Shown here in pieces: positions 29,006-38,203 of a stretch of 64,000 nt of DNA (the stretch's first letter is position 1; every line of letters starts with the position of its first letter). The notes below the pieces were generated by a model. The model made no database searches and was not told the origin of the DNA. It worked only from the letters and a program-made list of their open reading frames with translations. The DNA is from Longimicrobiales bacterium (GTDB taxonomy: Bacteria > Gemmatimonadota > Gemmatimonadetes > Longimicrobiales > Gaopeijiaceae): positions 3,040,001-3,104,000 of the forward strand of contig OZ242008.1 in NCBI GenBank assembly GCA_965204735.1, in the 5' to 3' direction. The translations under genes were made by a program, and so were the position numbers.

Positions 29006-30736
29006 CTACTGCCACGGCGCCAGCTCGAGCCTCGCGTCCAGCCGCGCCTTGCGGCCTTGGCCGTCTTCCTCCTTCACCGGTCGCCCTCGCCTGTCGTAGA
29101 CCCGCACCCGAAGCTCCGCCGACTCCCGGTCCACGGTCAGGTGCGAGAAGTTGTCCTCCTGGGAGAAGTTCCAGGCCCGGTAGTCCATCGACACGGCGCG
29201 GCCCTGGGAGTCCTCGAAGCCGAAGGTGTCTTCCTGGCCCTCGGCCCGTGAGTCGTGCACGAAGTCCGAGGGCTCGCCGTCGGCGAAGGGGAACGGCCAG
29301 TAGAACGCCGACGAGGTCACGGAGAACGCCTTGATCCGCTCCGCCTCGGGCGTGCCCGTCAGGAAGAGCTCGGCCACGTTGCAGCAGTGGATGTCGCCCG
29401 AGAGGAAGACGACGTTCTGGATGCCGGCGTCCACCACCCGACGCAGGATCGCAGCCCGGGTGGCGGGAAACGCGGGCCAGCCGTCGCTCTCCTCCAGCGC
29501 CTCCGGCCAACTCTCGGCCATGGCCGTGCGGGCCGACATGGGGTTGGGCGCGAAGACGCCGGAGGTCACGACGAACTTGGGCACGTTCCCCCTTTCGCCC
29601 TGCTGCTCGTCCAGCCAGTCGAGGAGCCGCTTGAGCTGGCCGGGAGGCGCGCCGGGCAAGGTCGGGCGGCCCAGCAGGTTGTTCCGAGCCAGGTCGCCCT
29701 TGGGACCCTCGACGAAGCGCTGGGTGCGGGTGTCGAGAACGAAGAACGGGAAGCCGCCGCAGTCGAAGCGGTAGTAGAGCCGGCGTCCCCACGTCCGCGG
29801 CCCGTGGCTCCACTGATAGCTGAGGTAGGCGTCCACGGCGATGGTGAAGAGCTGGTACTTGGCCGAGCGGCGGAGCCTGTCCTGGGACCAGTTGTCCTCG
29901 ATCTCGTGGTCGTCGAGGATCATGTAGGTGGGGAGCCGCTGCATGAGGCGGCGGACGTTGGGCGACGCGAAGGCGGTCAGGTAGCGGTCCCGAAACTCCC
30001 GGTAGGTGTCGGCCCGGCCGAAGGGAATGACCTTGTTGAAGAGGTCGGCGTAGATCTGGTCGCCCACCATGAGGACGAAGCGCGGCCGGTCCTCGGGGGC
30101 GTCGGCGGGAGCGAGGGCGTCGGCGTCGGAGGCAACGGCGTCGGAGGCGGCGCGGTCGACGCGGCAGGGCAGCCCTTCGGCCAGGCGGGCCATGGGGGCG
30201 AAGATGCGGTCCGAGTGGCGCACCTTCCACAGCAGGCCCGGGTAGCGGCACGAGCCCAGAAGGAAGCTGACGCGGCCGCACTCTCGGCCCTCGGCGGGGA
30301 ACGTCCGCACGACGGCGCCGGCCTTGGCCGGGTCGAGTCGGGCCAGGTCTTCGCGCCACGCGCTGGAGTGCGGGAGCCTTCGCAGGAGCTCGTCGCTCTC
30401 GAACTCGTCGTCGTCGTCCAAGGCGTCGTCGAGGACCAGGCAGCCGACTCGGACCTCGTACTCGGCGTCGGGCTCCAGGGCGAGGTCCGTGTCCGCGCCC
30501 AAGTTGATGCTGCCGCTGCGGTCGAACTCCCGGCGGAGGCGGAAGTAGGCGGTGAAGACTGGGTCGAGGGGCTCGCCGTCCTTGGACAGCACGCCGACGA
30601 CGCCCATGGTGCGACGGGCGGCGCCGGGATGGTCTCCGCCGTCGGTCTCCGGGTCCGCCCGCACCCAGACGCGGCTGGTGGTGTCGGTCGTGTGCCCGAC
30701 GATGGGGCCGAGCCCGGGCAGGCGAAGTGCGGCCAT
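29006..30736 (-). CDS. Alkaline phosphatase D (PhoD) family protein
   Basis: GPIVGHT, GSCRY, VGDQIYAD, MILDDHEIEDNW, LDTRTQR, FLSGDIH; no evident signal peptide. Confidence 0.9.
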   Translation of the reverse strand: MAALRLPGLGPIVGHTTDTTSRVWVRADPETDGGDHPGAARRTMGVVGVLSKDGEPLDPVFTAYFRLRREFDRSGSINLGADTDLALEPDAEYEVRVGCLVLDDALDDDDEFESDELLRRLPHSSAWREDLARLDPAKAGAVVRTFPAEGRECGRVSFLLGSCRYPGLLWKVRHSDRIFAPMARLAEGLPCRVDRAASDAVASDADALAPADAPEDRPRFVLMVGDQIYADLFNKVIPFGRADTYREFRDRYLTAFASPNVRRLMQRLPTYMILDDHEIEDNWSQDRLRRSAKYQLFTIAVDAYLSYQWSHGPRTWGRRLYYRFDCGGFPFFVLDTRTQRFVEGPKGDLARNNLLGRPTLPGAPPGQLKRLLDWLDEQQGERGNVPKFVVTSGVFAPNPMSARTAMAESWPEALEESDGWPAFPATRAAILRRVVDAGIQNVVFLSGDIHCCNVAELFLTGTPEAERIKAFSVTSSAFYWPFPFADGEPSDFVHDSRAEGQEDTFGFEDSQGRAVSMDYRAWNFSQEDNFSHLTVDRESAELRVRVYDRRGRPVKEEDGQGRKARLDARLELAPWQ

Positions 30737-30862
30737 GGGTTCTCCGTTCGGTGCTGGCCAAGTGCGCAGTCTGCGGTTCTGGAACGATAAGCGATCCAGT
30801 GCGGGCCGGCCGATTCTCGACCACTGCAAGCCGACCGATTTCTTGAAGCGGCGATCCACCTG

Positions 30863-30910
30863 TACTGCTGGGGCACGGCTCCCGAGTACCGCCGGGGCAC
30901 GGCTCCCGAG
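30863..30910. repeat. 24-nt tandem duplication in divergent intergenic region
   Basis: TACTGCTGGGGCACGGCTCCCGAG followed by TACCGCCGGGGCACGGCTCCCGAG. Confidence 0.8.
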
Positions 30911-31114
30911 ACGGACCGTGTCCCTTGTCGAGACTGACCGCGCCCCTCGTCCGGGTCCGTCGAGGCGGCGAAGTCCATTGCGCCCCCGCCGATACGAACC
31001 GATTGTGTTTCGTTTCGCCACTCCGAAGCCGCCATGGGCCGACTCCCCGGCGCCGCCCAATCGCCTTGACGCTGGCGGACCCGCCTCTCCCCGTGCCTGC
31101 CGACCTCCACATCG

Positions 31115-31294
31115 ATGAGTCGCTACGTCCTCGCCGCCCTCCTCTGCGCCCTGTCGGCGAACGCTCCCCTGGCCGCCGGCTCCGCCCAGACCGGCACCGA
31201 CGTCGCCCGCGCATGTCGAGAGAGCCACGAAGCCGAGATCGTCGCCATCGACCTCTGCGCGGAGATGCTGACGATGGCGCCGCCGATCTCGTGA
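31115..31294 (+). pseudogene. 59-aa signal-peptide ORF, probable internally deleted remnant of a secreted enzyme (M20 peptidase-like)
   Basis: MSRYVLAALLCALSANAPLAAGSAQTGTDVARACRESHEAEIVAIDLCAEMLTMAPPIS*; stop overlaps next GTG. Confidence 0.45.
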
Positions 31295-33294
31295 GTTCGT
31301 CGGAAGCCGGCAGTTCGTCGGAAGCCGGAGGCGGCTCCCGCAGCCCCTGCTGGCGCTTCCGGGTCATGTCGCCGTCCGAAATCAACGAAAACCCCGTCCA
31401 GGGAGAGTTCTTCAGCGCCAACTTGCCCAAGCGCTTCGTCAGGGAGTCGATCCAGAACTCCTTGGACGCCGGGACCGGCGGGTCCGCTCCGGTGCGGGTC
31501 CGCTTTGCGATCAGCGGCGCCGACGGCTCGCTGGCGCCAACGCGGGCGGCGCGCTACCTGATCGGCCTTCGGCCGCACTTCGGCGCAGTGGTGGACGCCG
31601 CCGGCGCCCCGCGCAAGAACAAGCGGGAGCTGGAAGACCGAAAGGCCCTCTTCGACTGCCCCATGCCCTTCCTCGTCGTGGAGGACTTCGGCACGACGGG
31701 CCTTCGAGGCGACGTGCGCGCCAACGAACCGCAGGCCAAGGGCAACGACTTCTGGGGCTTGTTCCGAAGCGTCGGCATCTCGCCGAAGGAGCAGCACGCG
31801 GGCGGCTCGTGGGGTCTGGGCAAGTGGGTGTTTCCGGACGCCTCCAAGCTCAACGCGTTCATCGGCATCACTCGCCGGCAGGACGAGGACCAGCTGCTCC
31901 TCATGGGCCAGGCGATGCTGAAGCTGCACAAGCTGAACGGCAGGAAGTACTCGCACTACGGCTACTTCGCCGCGGCCTCGGACCAGCCCGACGAGGCGTG
32001 GCTTCCCATGCCGGTCGATTACACGGGCAGCCATGCCGCGTTCGTGCAGCAAGCGCTGGCCGACTTCGGCTTGAAGGACCGGGACCAAGCGGGAACGTCG
32101 GTGGTGGTGCCGCACCCGGAAGACGAGCTGACGGACCCGGACCGCCTCGCCTGGGCCGTGATCTCCCAGTACTTCTGGCCTGTGGTGGCGGGCGACTTGG
32201 TGGTCGAGATCGTGGCGGCGGGCGCGCGGACTCGGACGATCGACGCCGAGACGATCGGCCGGGAAGTCCACCGCTGCGGCGCCGCTTCCGCCGACTCGGG
32301 CGAAGAAGCCGCCGGACCGATGGCCAGGGCGATCGAGCTCGCCGCATGGGGCGCGGCCGCCCCGAAGGCCGGCGACGTGGAAGCTGTGGCCGCCCGCAAG
32401 AAGCCGGCGGTGCCGCCCGGCGAGGTGCACGACGTTCGCAAGCGCTACGAACGGGGAGAGCGCTTGGCCTTCAGCGTCAGGACCAAGGTCCGCGGGCTGC
32501 TGTCGCACTTCCGCGTCTTCCTGGAGAAGGACGACTCCCTCTCAAAGGGACACGACTACTACGTGCGCGGCCATCTGCACGTGCCGGGAATGGACTTCCT
32601 GCACAACTTCCAGGCCCGGGCCCTGACTCTGGTCGACAACCGATCCCTGCTGGGCCACCTATTGCGGGACTCGGAGGGCCCTGCCCACGACAAGTGGAAC
32701 GCATACGCCCGCCGTCTCAAGGACAAGGGGTGGCCGGCCGCGGCCGAGCGGGTCCGGGAAGCCCAGCGCGCGGCGGAGCGCATCCTCCTGCAGCTTGCCG
32801 CCAAGCCCGAGGAGAAGCAGCGCGACGCGCTGGCGGACTTGTTTCCGTCGAAGATCACGGGGCGCGGGGGAAGGACCAGCGGCGGCAAGGCCCTCGGCGA
32901 CGGGGACCGGTTGGATGGCGCCCAGGCGAAGCCCGTTCCCCGCGTCCGACGCGTTCAAGGCGGCATCGCGTTGACGACGGAAGCGACCGACGGCTTGGCG
33001 GGCACGACGTGGACGGTCCGGGTCGCGTACGACGTGGCCCGGGGCACTGCCCGCACTGCGTTCTCGCGCTTTGCGAGCGGCGTCAAGTCCGGTGCTCCCG
33101 ACTTCTCGTTGCGCGAAGACCGCTTGTCCGTGGAGCGCGCGGGCTGCACGGTCGAGGTGGTGACCGACAACGAGCTGCGCGTGGTCGTCACGAAGCCGGC
33201 GATCTCGTTGGCAGTGAAGGGCTTCGACGATCGGGACCTGCTGGTGGAGGTCTCGCAGGTCGAAGAGCCGACCGAGGAAGGCGGCGAGGCGTGA
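31291..33294 (+). CDS. GHKL (MutL/Hsp90/MORC-like) ATPase-domain protein
   Basis: N-box RESIQNSLDA, G1 VEDFGTTGL, G2 GGSWGLGK, G3 GTSVVV; start could instead be ATG 31366. Confidence 0.8.
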   Translation: MSSSEAGSSSEAGGGSRSPCWRFRVMSPSEINENPVQGEFFSANLPKRFVRESIQNSLDAGTGGSAPVRVRFAISGADGSLAPTRAARYLIGLRPHFGAVVDAAGAPRKNKRELEDRKALFDCPMPFLVVEDFGTTGLRGDVRANEPQAKGNDFWGLFRSVGISPKEQHAGGSWGLGKWVFPDASKLNAFIGITRRQDEDQLLLMGQAMLKLHKLNGRKYSHYGYFAAASDQPDEAWLPMPVDYTGSHAAFVQQALADFGLKDRDQAGTSVVVPHPEDELTDPDRLAWAVISQYFWPVVAGDLVVEIVAAGARTRTIDAETIGREVHRCGAASADSGEEAAGPMARAIELAAWGAAAPKAGDVEAVAARKKPAVPPGEVHDVRKRYERGERLAFSVRTKVRGLLSHFRVFLEKDDSLSKGHDYYVRGHLHVPGMDFLHNFQARALTLVDNRSLLGHLLRDSEGPAHDKWNAYARRLKDKGWPAAAERVREAQRAAERILLQLAAKPEEKQRDALADLFPSKITGRGGRTSGGKALGDGDRLDGAQAKPVPRVRRVQGGIALTTEATDGLAGTTWTVRVAYDVARGTARTAFSRFASGVKSGAPDFSLREDRLSVERAGCTVEVVTDNELRVVVTKPAISLAVKGFDDRDLLVEVSQVEEPTEEGGEA

Positions 33295-34067
33295 TCCGAC
33301 ACTTCAACAGCACGGGCCGCCGGCCGATCCAGCGTTCCCACGCCGTCGTGGCGCTTCGGCGGCTGAAGCCCGACGGTTCGCCGGAAGAGTCCGACTACTG
33401 CTTCGACTTGAAGCTGGACCTCTCGAGCTACCGCTTTCCTTCCGACGCGCGCGTCCGAGTGGAAGCTTGGCGCGGCAACGCCTTCCAGCGCTGGGAGTGG
33501 GGCACCGTCGGGCGTCCTGTTGCCCCTTCCGAAGCGGACCGGGTTCTTCGCGACGTGCCCGAGACGTGCCGATTCCGGGTCGCCGTCGTGCGGGCGGGCG
33601 ACTCCGGGCTGCTGCTGGGCTTGGCGGACAAGGTGTCGCCCCGGCGGCCCGTGGAGTCGATTCTGCCGCTGGTGCTCAAGGACATGGGAAGCGAAATCTG
33701 GAGATTGGAGTTCGGCGAAGGCGACGACCTGGTCGAGCTGTGGATCAACAATAGCGTCGCGGGGATGAGCGACGTGGTGCGCAACGACTCGACCTTTCGC
33801 GCGCTTGTGATGCCCCAGGTCCTGCGCTCGGTCCTGGAGCGCGGTCTGCTGGTGAGGAGGGAGCGACCGGACGACATGGAAGGTCCGTGGAGACCCTGGT
33901 TCGACTTGGCGGAGGACGTTCTGCCGGACCAGTCGCCGCCCGTGCTGGAGCACGACGCCCAAGACGACGAGATCGCCCGTGCCGACAGGTGGATTGACCA
34001 GGTCGTGGCGGCGTTCGCAAAGAAGCGCGTCAAGGCCGTGGAGCTGTACGGAAGGCGGAAGCGATGA
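33291..34067 (+). CDS. Hypothetical protein, second gene of GHKL operon
   Basis: GTGA overlap with GAGG RBS; MIRHFNSTGRRPI..., beta-rich N-half, helical C-half (FRALVMPQVLRSVL). Confidence 0.8.
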   Translation: MIRHFNSTGRRPIQRSHAVVALRRLKPDGSPEESDYCFDLKLDLSSYRFPSDARVRVEAWRGNAFQRWEWGTVGRPVAPSEADRVLRDVPETCRFRVAVVRAGDSGLLLGLADKVSPRRPVESILPLVLKDMGSEIWRLEFGEGDDLVELWINNSVAGMSDVVRNDSTFRALVMPQVLRSVLERGLLVRRERPDDMEGPWRPWFDLAEDVLPDQSPPVLEHDAQDDEIARADRWIDQVVAAFAKKRVKAVELYGRRKR

Positions 34068-34840
34068 CGGCGGCGCAGCCTGCCGAGGCGAATGCTCCGA
34101 AGCTGGGCGCCGTGGTGGCCCGGGAGCTGACCGCAAGCGGCATCGCCCGAGCATTGCGCTTTCTTGCGGACGTGCGCGCCGACCCGGCGGGGCCGCCAGC
34201 GCCGCCTCGCGATCTTCTCTTCCACAACCGCTACAGCCGCCCCTTCGCCAACGCCCCGACCCTGGAGCCCCGCGCGTTCGCAACCCGGCGGGAGGTGGGC
34301 GAGTACCTGTCGCCCAGGCTGGCCCCGATCAAGCGACAGATCATGGACCGCGCGTCGTTCTGGTCGTGGCTGGGCATCTTTTACTTCGAGGGCACGGTGC
34401 GGGTGGTGGACGGCGCGGCTCGGCTGTCGGCCGGCGACGAAACGGTTGTGATTGATCCTGGGGACTCCTTGGCAACGAGGAGTATCCACAGCCACTACTT
34501 GAGGTCGGCTTGGCGCGTGTTCGAGGCGTACGGCGAAGACGCGGCCTTCCTGCTGAACCAAGCGCCTGGCTCTCGAAGCAACATCGCCGACCGCATCCTC
34601 AGGTCCCAGCGAGTCTTCAACTCAACAGGACTGGTCTCGCTCATTCTCCGCCTGTACACGCATCAGGGACGCCAGAAACAGGGCTTCATGCGCCGAGCCG
34701 GTGGACTTGTTCACCTGATTCGCGTCCTCGACCAGCTCGAGCGCACCCACGACGTCTACCACATGTCCCCCGACGCGCTGATCCGCATCCTGCCGCCCGA
34801 GTTCGACCCATGGATCGAGGCCGAACAGACGGTCAAATAG
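34064..34840 (+). CDS. Hypothetical protein, third gene of GHKL operon
   Basis: ATGA overlap; FWSWLGIFYF, HYLRSAW, LDQLERTHDV, LPPEFDPW. Confidence 0.8.
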   Translation: MTAAQPAEANAPKLGAVVARELTASGIARALRFLADVRADPAGPPAPPRDLLFHNRYSRPFANAPTLEPRAFATRREVGEYLSPRLAPIKRQIMDRASFWSWLGIFYFEGTVRVVDGAARLSAGDETVVIDPGDSLATRSIHSHYLRSAWRVFEAYGEDAAFLLNQAPGSRSNIADRILRSQRVFNSTGLVSLILRLYTHQGRQKQGFMRRAGGLVHLIRVLDQLERTHDVYHMSPDALIRILPPEFDPWIEAEQTVK

Positions 34841-34843
34841 CTG

Positions 34844-34888
34844 GTCACAGTAGCACTGTTGACATGCGGAACGCGTAATGTTATCAAT
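34844..34888 (+). promoter_or_regulatory. Putative sigma70 promoter of fic with an overlapping palindromic operator
   Basis: TTGACA 34859-34864, 17 nt, TATCAA 34882-34887 preceded by TG; inverted repeat ACAGT-agc-ACTGT 34847-34859. Confidence 0.5.
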
Positions 34889-34930
34889 CATTATCCGTCG
34901 TCGAAGAAGCTGCCAAATAAGGAGTCACAG

Positions 34931-36112
34931 ATGGACTGGCGCCGCTTTCGGTTCGAGTACCGCATCGGACTTTCCCCACGGAAGCTCGCCGCGCTGCTGG
35001 TGCGGATCGACGGGTACCGGGAAGCCGCTCGCAACCTCGTCCTTCCCCCCGATTGGAAGACCAAGCTCGATCGGCTCAACCGGATTCGGGCGATCCGCGG
35101 CACTACTGGACTGGAGGGCAACCCTCTCTCCGAGGAGCAGGTGGCCGAGGTTCTGGACGACGAGACCGGGGCGGCAGCGCGCACGAGGGACGGCCGGCAG
35201 GCTCGCAACGCCGAAGCCGCCCAGAAGTGGGTCAGGAGGCGGTTCGGCAGCGACGGGCCACCGCTGACCACGGGCGACATCCTCCGCATGCATCAGCTCG
35301 TGACGGTCGGCTCCGACGAGGCGGACAACGTGCCGGGTCGGCTTCGGAGCCACAACGTCAAGGTCGGAACCGACGCGCTGGGGGGCGTCCACCGGGGCGC
35401 CCCTCATCCGTGGGTCGAGCGGCTGACGGCCGAGTTCGTCGCCTTCGTCAACTCCCGCAGGGTGCGCAACGAGCATCCTGTCGTGCGCGCCCTCCTCGCC
35501 CACTTCTTTCTTGCGACGATCCACCCGTTCGGCGACGGGAACGGCCGGGTCTCCCGCTTGGTGGAGGCCGCCGTGCTCTACGAGGGCGGCTACAACGTCC
35601 ACGGCTTCTATGGTCTCTCCAACTTCTTCTACGTCCACGGGGACAAGTACAAGCTGCTTCTGCAGAAGTGCCGCCGATTCGTGCCTTTCGAAGTAGCGCC
35701 GTTCGTGGAGTTCGGGTTGGAAGGCTTCGCCAGCGAACTTGGCGGCATCAACAACTTCATCCGGACGAAGCTGAACCGCCTGGTCTATCGCGACATGATG
35801 TCGAGGGCGCTCGGCGTCAGGGTCAGCAAGCGCCGTCGGCTTCTCAACGAGCGAGAGTACAACCTGCTTCGCTTCCTGCTTGAAGAAACCGAGCCGAACG
35901 ATCCCTTCGCCGCCGAGCCGTCCCGCCGAGTCTCGCTTGCGGAGCTCGTCGATTCGCCCTTCGTGCGGCAGGTCTACCGTGACGTGACCCGCCGCACGTT
36001 CCGGCGAGAGCTGATGCGCCTTGCCGAGCACGGCTTCATCCGCTTCGAGCGCGACGCGGAGAGCGGCGACCACGCCGTGAAGGTGGAGTTCAGCGCGATC
36101 GGTCGCTACTGA
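34931..36112 (+). CDS. Fic family protein (class II-like) with C-terminal winged HTH
   Basis: AAGGAG RBS; HPFGDGNGRVSR; N-terminal inhibitory-type motif TTGLEGN; C-terminal VTRRTFRRELMRLAEHGFI. Confidence 0.93.
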   Translation: MDWRRFRFEYRIGLSPRKLAALLVRIDGYREAARNLVLPPDWKTKLDRLNRIRAIRGTTGLEGNPLSEEQVAEVLDDETGAAARTRDGRQARNAEAAQKWVRRRFGSDGPPLTTGDILRMHQLVTVGSDEADNVPGRLRSHNVKVGTDALGGVHRGAPHPWVERLTAEFVAFVNSRRVRNEHPVVRALLAHFFLATIHPFGDGNGRVSRLVEAAVLYEGGYNVHGFYGLSNFFYVHGDKYKLLLQKCRRFVPFEVAPFVEFGLEGFASELGGINNFIRTKLNRLVYRDMMSRALGVRVSKRRRLLNEREYNLLRFLLEETEPNDPFAAEPSRRVSLAELVDSPFVRQVYRDVTRRTFRRELMRLAEHGFIRFERDAESGDHAVKVEFSAIGRY

Positions 36113-36234
36113 CCGGAGAGGCGCGCGATCCAAGGAACCATGTTGCAGAGCAACAAGCCGTTGTTCGTGTCCGTCGGCGGGCTGGTGGTTTCGCCACTGA
36201 TACTGGCGTGCGCCGACGGCCACGCATCTTGGTG

Positions 36235-37008
36235 CTACTCGCCGCTCCGGCCGCAACATTTCTTGTACTTTCGGCCGCTGCCGCAGGGACATCGCTTGTT
36301 GCGCGGCGTTCTAGTTCGCAGGACGATAGGAGCGACTTCGACACGGTATCGGGCCTCGGTCCGCTCACCGCTGCTACGAGCCGCTTCCCGACACTCCAAG
36401 CCCAGCGCTGCATAGTCGGCTGCGGCGCGGCGAAAGTGCTTGCGGGCGTCGGCGGCGCCCTCTTCCAACGACACGCCGATTTCCGACGAAAGCTTCTTGG
36501 CCACGCCAGGCGCAGCGAAGAAGCCAAGGATCCACAACAACAGGCCCATGCCGTCAAGCTTGTCGTCATGCTCGTCCCAGTCTTTCTCCAACCAATAGTA
36601 CCCTTGCGCAAAACCTTGACTCCATTGGGCGACAGGAGCGTCCGAGTCGAGGTTGTCGATCGTATCCTCGCGGAAGACAATGTCCTTGGGCAACCGACCA
36701 TTGCCTCGCATCACGTCTTCCACGATGTCGTTGTACAGTGACATAAGCGCTCTGGTGATCCGCTCGGCTTCCCGCTTCGTCGCGAAGACGGGCAACTCGC
36801 CTCCGAATACCTGGGGCAACCATTCGGCCGGCAACACAAGCTCCGGCGCCGCCACGACCGAGAAGAGGAATCCCTCGATCTTTGCGAACGAGTAAACGCC
36901 AAGTTCCTGAACGTCCGGGCGCGAGAGGTACTCCGTCAGCACGCGACGCTGTCCTGCCGTCATGGACTTGGCGAGGTTCTCTTGCCAGCGTGGTCTTCTC
37001 ATCCTCAA
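36235..37008 (-). CDS. UPF0149/YecA family protein with SEC-C motif (copy A)
   Basis: IEGFLFSV..PELVLPAEWLP, WSQGFAQG, RNKRCPCGSGRKYKKCC; start may be ATG 37002. Confidence 0.88.
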   Translation of the reverse strand: MRMRRPRWQENLAKSMTAGQRRVLTEYLSRPDVQELGVYSFAKIEGFLFSVVAAPELVLPAEWLPQVFGGELPVFATKREAERITRALMSLYNDIVEDVMRGNGRLPKDIVFREDTIDNLDSDAPVAQWSQGFAQGYYWLEKDWDEHDDKLDGMGLLLWILGFFAAPGVAKKLSSEIGVSLEEGAADARKHFRRAAADYAALGLECREAARSSGERTEARYRVEVAPIVLRTRTPRNKRCPCGSGRKYKKCCGRSGE

Positions 37009-37030
37009 GTCCGCCAGTACATCCAGCGCC

Positions 37031-38203
37031 TCAGCCTCGTTCCGCCGTAAACAACTCGGGGTCGATTCCCGGGACGATCTTCAGCGCGTTTTCGTAGTAT
37101 ATCTTTCGCAGGACCTGGTCGGGCAGGCCCAAGCCGTACATCTGCCAGAAGGCGTGGTAGCGGCGGTAGTAGTCGAAGTAGTCGTCCGTGGTCTCGAAGA
37201 CGCGGAAGTAGGTGTGGAACTCTTCCTTGTTGTACGAGTCCTTCCCCATGAGCGCTCGGTCCTGGTATCGGATCAGCCACTCGCGGGCAAAGCGGGGCTG
37301 CCGTCCGAGCTCGTACAGCACGGCGCCCAGGCCGACGTACATGTTGGGGATTTCGTCGAGCAACCGTCCAAGGCGGCCCAGGTCGTGGCCCAGCCAGCTC
37401 AGGTGGGCCGATATGAAGTTGGTGCCTGGATGGGCGCGGAAGAGGCTGTGCTGCTCTCCGATGATCTGCTCGAAGGGCGGGTAGTCGTCAGGCCGACGGA
37501 TGCGCCGAGGGCGCAGCTTGAGTTCCAGCCAGCGCTCGTTGAAGCGGTCGTGGGGCTGCCAGAACTCGGCCGGGTCCGCCGAGTGGATGAGGACGGGCAG
37601 ACCCAGCTCGCCGGCCTTGTCCCAGAGAGGCGCCAGCCGGGGGTCGTCCACGGGGATGCGCTTGCCGTCCACGTCCCGGTGGTCCATTCCCAGGCCCTTG
37701 AAGATCTTCAGTCCGACGGCGCCGTTGCGGGCATCCTCCGCCAGCTGGGCGGCGGCTCGTTCGCCCCACCCGGGCTCTCCCACGCCCCGGAAGCTCGTGT
37801 TGGCGAAGAAGACGAAGCGCCCGGGGTGACGGCCCGCCATCGCTTCCAATCCCTGCACCAGCGCCGCGCCGCTTCGTCCGGAGAGGTTCACCATCACGGC
37901 CATGTTGAGTTCGTCCATCTCGCCCACCAGCCGGTCCACGTCCTCGCTGGACATCGACGCGGCTCGCTGATGGCCGTGGACGTCGACGAACGGGAAGCGC
38001 GCCCGGGTCACCGGTTCGCCCGGCACGACCAGCGTGTTGCGCGGCTGGTACTCCTCGACCGTGACCTCCTGGGCGAGAAGGGCGCCCGGGGCCCACGCGA
38101 ACGTTCCGGCGGTCGAGCCGCCGACCAAGCCGAGAAGCAGCAGGCCGAGCTGCCCGACCGCCTTGTGCATGGTGCTGATGCGCATGAAGCGTCGCTCCGT
38201 CAT
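37031..38203 (-). CDS. Amidohydrolase_2 family protein (secreted)
   Basis: VDVHGH, GAVGLKI, PVLIHSADP, FISAH, ALMGKD, IYYENA; ATGA overlap with upstream stop. Confidence 0.9.
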   Translation of the reverse strand: MTERRFMRISTMHKAVGQLGLLLLGLVGGSTAGTFAWAPGALLAQEVTVEEYQPRNTLVVPGEPVTRARFPFVDVHGHQRAASMSSEDVDRLVGEMDELNMAVMVNLSGRSGAALVQGLEAMAGRHPGRFVFFANTSFRGVGEPGWGERAAAQLAEDARNGAVGLKIFKGLGMDHRDVDGKRIPVDDPRLAPLWDKAGELGLPVLIHSADPAEFWQPHDRFNERWLELKLRPRRIRRPDDYPPFEQIIGEQHSLFRAHPGTNFISAHLSWLGHDLGRLGRLLDEIPNMYVGLGAVLYELGRQPRFAREWLIRYQDRALMGKDSYNKEEFHTYFRVFETTDDYFDYYRRYHAFWQMYGLGLPDQVLRKIYYENALKIVPGIDPELFTAERG

